A stretch of 64,000 nucleotides of DNA, from assembly GCF_009914755.1 (NCBI RefSeq), contig NC_060930.1. One strand, 5' to 3'. The position numbers and the translations under genes are program-made. This DNA is from the human T2T-CHM13v2.0 reference genome, Homo sapiens. The notes beneath the pieces were generated by a model. The model was given only the letters and a program-made list of their open reading frames with translations. It made no database searches and had not been told where the DNA came from. Of the stretch, positions 57,049 to 64,000 are shown in pieces (positions within the stretch are counted from its first letter, which is position 1; every line of letters starts with the position of its first letter).

Positions 57049-57431
57049 TGTGATGGTTAATACTGAGTGTCAACTTGATTGGATCTAAGGATACAAAGTA
57101 TTGATCCTGGGTGTGTCTGTGAGGGTGTTGCCAAAGGAGATTAACATTTCAGTCAGCGGGTTGGGAAAGGCAGACTCACCCTTAATCTGGGTAGACACAA
57201 TCTAATCATCTGCCAGCTTGGCTAGAATATAAGCAGGCAGAAAAATGCGAAAAGTGAGACTGACCTAGCCTCCCAGACTGCATCTCTCTCCCATGCTGGA
57301 TGCTCCCTGCCCTTGAATATCAGACTCCAAGTTCTTCATTGTTGGAACTCGGACTGGCTCTCCTTGCTCCTCAGCTTGCAGACAGCCTATTGTGGGACCC
57401 TGTGATCCTGTGAGTTAGTACTTAATAAACT

Positions 57432-57477
<46 letters not shown>

Positions 57478-57567
57478 ATATATAAAACATATATATATAA
57501 AACTCCCATATATATATAAATATATATATATTCCATTAGTTCTGTCTCTTTAGAGAGCCCTAATACA
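57049..57567 (+). mobile_element. 3' LTR (MLT2A1-type) with long (TA)n
   Basis: Preceded by gttgacaaaggtagact; TG...taataca; AATAAA at 57424. Confidence 0.93.
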
Positions 57568-57569
57568 GC

Positions 57570-57770
57570 ATTGCTCTAAAAGTTTAACTTAGTTGATGCT
57601 TACTAAATTCTCCCAAAAACTCTATATGTGCATTATTACCCCTCCCATTTTATAAATAAGAAAACCAAAGCACAAAGAGCTAAGCAATTTACCTAAGACT
57701 ACATAGTTGATAAATGGCAGAGCTTGGATTATGAAACTCAATGTCTGGCTGCAGAGTCCATGAACTTAAT
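57570..57770 (-). mobile_element. MIR SINE
   Basis: cccattttataaataagaaaaccaaagcacaaagagctaagcaatttacctaag. Confidence 0.75.
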
Positions 57771-58054
57771 AGTTAATAACCTGGATACATGTTTTTGGTC
57801 TATTGTCAAGTGAAAAAAAGCAGGTTAAAAGATGTTGTGCATGATATCACCCTATTTTTGTTAGAAAATGGTTTGTATAAAAATGACATCAATTATCTCT
57901 GGATGGAAGAATTGGTGGCTATTTTCATCTTATATGCCATTAACATTTAAAATATACTATCATTTTCCTAATCATTATCCAAACAAGAAAAAAATCCATG
58001 TTAATATAAAATATATAATGTGTACAATGAGTCAAATAGGTTGGTTTTGTGATT

Positions 58055-58150
58055 GTAAAGATGTGATTATTATGCATCCTATGCCTGTATCGAAATGTCT
58101 CCTGTACCCCATAAATATATACATCTACTATGTACCCACAAAAATCTTCA
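58055..58150 (+). mobile_element. L1MA 3' tip fragment
   Basis: gatgtgattattatgcat...gtaccccataaatatatacatctactatgtacccacaaaaat. Confidence 0.75.
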
Positions 58151-58869
58151 AGAGAACTAATTTTTGCTTTCATGATTTAAAATAATGAATGGAGGCAATA
58201 AAACTCAGTGAAATTGTTTAGCAGAGTTGCAACGCCAAGCTTGAGCTTTTGGTGTAGCTGAAGTGATTGAGTGTTAGCAGTCTGTAACCCGGTTCACTCA
58301 GTGGCTGTGTGCCTACTGCATTGCATGAGTTGTTCTGAGAGATAAATGAGATAATAGATCTGAAACAACCTTGAAAACTACTTTAAAACAGTACGGGAAG
58401 GTGAGGCAGATGGAGGTGTGGAATGTGCAGCACATTTTCCCCATAGAAACAAGGCAATTCACAATACTTATGTCACCATATTAGTCAACAAAAGGTCTAA
58501 CACCTTATATAGCAAAACAGTTTATGACCTTATTTCTAAGTGAAAATGCAATCAACATTCAAATTGGAGACATCTCTCTCCTTCACAAACGTCTGTGGAA
58601 CTGTTGGGATTCTCTTTTTAGTCTCTTCTACTAAGACACTCAGTTCCAGGAATAATAGAAAACAGAATAGGAAGTGCATAGCCACATTAAGTTATAGAAT
58701 TGCATCTATAACTAGGGTGCCCTTTCATAAGTCAGGCATTGCCTATACTGTATGTAAAGGATGTGATGCCAATTTAGAGATAAAATATGTGTGATTATTC
58801 TTCTAAATATTTTTGTCATCACTTTCGTATGGAATTCTAAAAGAATGACAGGGAAGTATATTGAAATAA

Positions 58870-59115
58870 AGGAGTGTGGTACAGTAGTTCGAAAAGCGAA
58901 TTTTGGTGTCTTATAATCATGCCCTTCAAATTCTAATTCTGCCGCCAAGAACACGTGCACCCGTGATAAAAATATTTGATTTCTCTCTGAGTTTGTATAT
59001 CTTTAGAATGTGCATTGTATCAACTCATGTGTTTCCTGTGAGGAATGAATGAGACGATGTAGGTTTAGTACATAAGGCAGTAGTTGCACATAGTGAAGTC
59101 TCAACATTGTTTGTA
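58870..59115 (+). mobile_element. MIR SINE
   Basis: gtgtggtacagtag...ttctctctgagtttg...gtgaggaatgaatgaga...gcacatagtgaagtctcaa. Confidence 0.65.
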
Positions 59116-59139
59116 GTTCACACTTCTGAGAACACTGTG

Positions 59140-59166
59140 CCAATGACGTCAGATGAGGTATAAAAG
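59140..59166 (+). promoter_or_regulatory. Candidate CCAAT-CRE-TATA module
   Basis: CCAAT 59140, TGACGTCA 59144-59151, TATAAAAG 59159-59166. Confidence 0.4.
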
Positions 59167-59177
59167 CCCCTGGAGAC

Positions 59178-59615
59178 TGCCTTAGGTTGGGATTCTCAAG
59201 AGGCAGGCTCTGACACAAGGATTTGAGTGGTTTATTTCAGAGGTGATCCCAGGAAGCAGTGGTATGAAAGCAGGGAGATGAGGCATGGAAGGGAAGGAAG
59301 CCAATTCAGAGCGCATGAATGAGCCAGTTACTACTGTGGACACCTAGGGCTCAATCTCGGTGGGGACCTTAATGGTGTAGACTAGAACATGTCTGACGGT
59401 TTCCCATATGAGGATTGAAGAAGCTGGGGTATTTATCCTCCAATTCCCATCCATTATTGCGTGAGGGTAGCTCTTAGGGCTGGAACCTTATTGTTCAGCC
59501 AAGCACCTCCAATGGCTAGAAAACAGACTGTCCCAAGTGATTACAAAAACGCAAGCATGGACTGAAAGGGCACAGTCCAAGAACTATGGTGGGGCACTGC
59601 TGGAGTCAGCTACAG
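59178..59615 (-). mobile_element. LTR33-like ERVL LTR
   Basis: ctgacacaaggatttgagt...aggtgatcccaggaagc...agctggggtatttatcc. Confidence 0.7.
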
Positions 59616-60614
59616 ATAGCATTCTGCTTTCCTATACAACCTAAAGATTACTCAGGCTATTGCTGGTTGCAGGGAAACCTCTGCAGGATTATGGAGGGAT
59701 CCATATAAATGTGTTGTTCCTATGATTAATTTGAGGAGGTAATAGAATGCTTTTGACAGTATGGCAGCAGCTTCTTCAACAGTCAATTAACTTACAGCTT
59801 TCTGTTTGGCAATGCAAAATACCCATAGCCCTAGCAGGTACAGGACAGCTAACGTGTATAAAGACAGAAGAGCAACTAAGAGAAACATTTTCCACTAGAT
59901 AACTGGCTTCAGTTTTACCAAAGGTTGTGGAACTATTACCTTCCAGGCTTTGCAGTGCCTAAGAGCACATATTGGGCTCTTGGGAATTTTATTAAACATT
60001 GAAAGACACTTTTCAGAAGAAAAGCCCCTTTACAAATGGGTCGATTAAAACCAGACATTCTCATTATAGCAATAAAATATCTGTGCTCCATAAATTTAAC
60101 AAAGTTAATCCCTTTTTGGCTCCCTAGGACTGACGAAACGTTTCTGAAAATTCAGTGCCAGGCTCTGGAGAATAGTCTCTCTGCCCTATTCAATTTATTT
60201 GTATTTAGTCATTCTGATACGTCATAATGTTTATTCAAAGGAAGCAATCATTCGGGATCCTTATTTGTGGTTCCCAGCATAACTTTATCCTGTATAAATG
60301 CCATTTTTCTCAGTAGGCGCCAAGTTCCAGTTGCTACAGAGAGCTCTCTGCTTGATGTGGCTTCGTCATCTTAATCTCTTAAGAAGGGTGCTAGGGAGCT
60401 GTTTGCTATTTAGCTCCCTAAACCATCCTCTTATCAATCGCGACACTTCACCCCAATGAGTCAGTTCCTCAGTGGATCTCAACAAATAATCTTCACTTCC
60501 TGGAAAAGTTAGGATTGCTTTCCTTAGCTGCCAGGGCTAAAAAGGAAACTTGGTCCTAAATATCCACGCCCCAGGGGCAGCCACTTGGGCCAGCATGTTG
60601 CGCCCTTCAGCTTT

Positions 60615-60633
60615 CCGCCCGCAGGTGGCAGCA
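60615..60633 (+). promoter_or_regulatory. Candidate CTCF site
   Basis: ccgCCCGCAGGTGGCAGca fits CCNSYAGRKGGCRS. Confidence 0.5.
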
Positions 60634-61889
60634 GCGGGCTCCGAAGCCTGTCTCTGCAGGTAGCAGCCGCTTCACAGCTTTCAGGCCGGTGCTCAGCGGA
60701 GGCTGGTGCATCCCCACTAGGAATCCACACCCAGCTGGGACTGCTGTGAAGCTGAAGTAACTGAGTATTAAACTAGTCTCCGACTCTTTAGTATTTTAAG
60801 TGAAAACAAACAACAGTTTGAAGCAGCAACAGCAACTCATTGCATCCCTATTCCCTCCGGTTGCTAATTTTTCCCAACTCCAGCAGCAACTCGGTCCCCT
60901 TCCCCAAGCAGGGTCGGCTCCGTAGCTCTCCGCGCTCCGACCCTTCAGATCCTCGGGAGCCCAGGGGAGCCAGGTGCTGGGCGGTGCGTCCGGTGCCGCC
61001 GCGCCCCTTCTCGCCACCTCTGGCCTCTCCGCCACTCGGGCTTTCCGGCCGCTCTGGATGCCTCGGTTGCACCCCAGTTCCATGACCCCAGCCTCCTTCC
61101 CTAACCCTCCTCTTCGTCCCTTCTCCCCCGAGCGCGCGCGCACACACACACTCGGTTCGCTCCCGCGGAGTGGCTCTGGGAGCACGACCGACTTCAGCTC
61201 AGCAAACCGCGGTCATGCCGCCCAGACTCCTCGCCCCGAGGCCCCGGTCCCCGCCGCCGCCGCTTTCGCGCCGCTCCTTTCCGCCTAGACACCGCCGCCT
61301 GCGGCCGCCTGGGCGGCAGCCCCTGCGGTCCTCAAAGTTGGCCCCCTGGGAGGGGGCGGCAGGGAGCAGGATGAAGGATTTGTTGTAGGAGGAGGATTCA
61401 CACATCTGGGCGAAGGGAGGGGCAGCGCCGCTGCTGGGACGCGGCGCGGACCCGCATCATTGCGCGCAGCAGCCGCTGCAGCAGCCGCCGGGGACCGCGG
61501 AGCCGGGACGCCCCCGCTCGGCCCGCGCCCCGCTCCCCGCCCCACCCCCGCCCGCCGGGCCCAGCAACGCAGGGTGCCTAGGAGCCGCGGGCTGCGCAGG
61601 GAGGCGGGCAGCGGCCCTCGCGCGCTTCTGCCGCCCCCGGAGCCGGCGCGCGGCGAGCGCAGGGCGAGCGCGCGTCGGGCGGCGGCCGCGCTGGGGGGCG
61701 TGAGGCGAGCGGCGCGGAGAGCGGCAGGGGCGAAACTTCGCGGGCCAGATGCCCGAGGGCGCGGCGGCGCTGCCAGGCTGCCGCTGCTGCCCCTGCGGGC
61801 CCCGGGCGCGCCTCCGCAGGCGGCACTGCCCGCGGCGCGGCGTGTGCACCGAGCGAGTGAAGGTATGTGTGGCGGGCGCGGCTGGAGCT

Positions 61890-61907
61890 GCCGCCGCCGC
61901 CGCCGCC
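61890..61907 (+). repeat. (GCC)6 trinucleotide repeat in the 5' leader
   Basis: Direct reading. Confidence 0.95.
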
Positions 61908-62013
61908 GCGCCAGCAGGTCCTAATGCCTGTCACTTCCCAGGACGCTGGCAGCAGCAGCAGCCCGGAGCCCCCGAGCCCTCGGCAGGTTTGCGTGTCCTT
62001 CCCCGCGATCTGA

Positions 62014-64000
<1,987 letters not shown>

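Larger units (their letters stand above)
51365..57567 (+). mobile_element. HERV-L provirus with two MLT2A1-type LTRs (gag-pro-pol-dUTPase, no env), decayed
   Basis: Paired LTRs TG...CA, PBS, PPT-like tract, flanks tcatt/gcatt, retroviral protein motifs in correct order. Confidence 0.95.

Noticed and set aside
61192-61222. REST/RE1-like sequence (tcagcaaaccgcggtcatgcc), plus a half-site near 61715
   Set aside because: Needs an insertion and several core mismatches; not supportable without ChIP data

Overview
Primate (very probably human) genomic DNA, AT-rich and dominated by transposable elements, ending in a CpG island with the first coding exon of NKAIN2 (ATG at 62083, [18 protein letters not shown], then a GTAAGT donor). 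The first ~60 kb is upstream intergenic sequence. It holds Alu, MIR, L1M, L2, MaLR, ERV1 and DNA-transposon relics, an ancient LTR16-type ERVL remnant with nested insertions (27.4-32.3 kb), and a near-complete, decayed two-LTR HERV-L/MLT2A1 provirus (51365-57567) in sense orientation ~4.5 kb upstream of the NKAIN2 ATG. Apart from the retroviral remnants, the supplied ORFs are spurious or GC-island artefacts, and the one real coding exon is too short to be listed. The main leads are: (i) an apparent 79-nt mini-intron in the NKAIN2 5' leader (61863-61941) containing a (GCC)6 repeat and two uATGs; (ii) its acceptor as a possible landing site for MLT2A1 LTR splice donors; (iii) a compact CCAAT-CRE-TATA module at 59140; (iv) a very young AluYi6-like insertion. 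Repeat subfamily names are from recollection of consensus sequences, and boundaries of old repeats are approximate.
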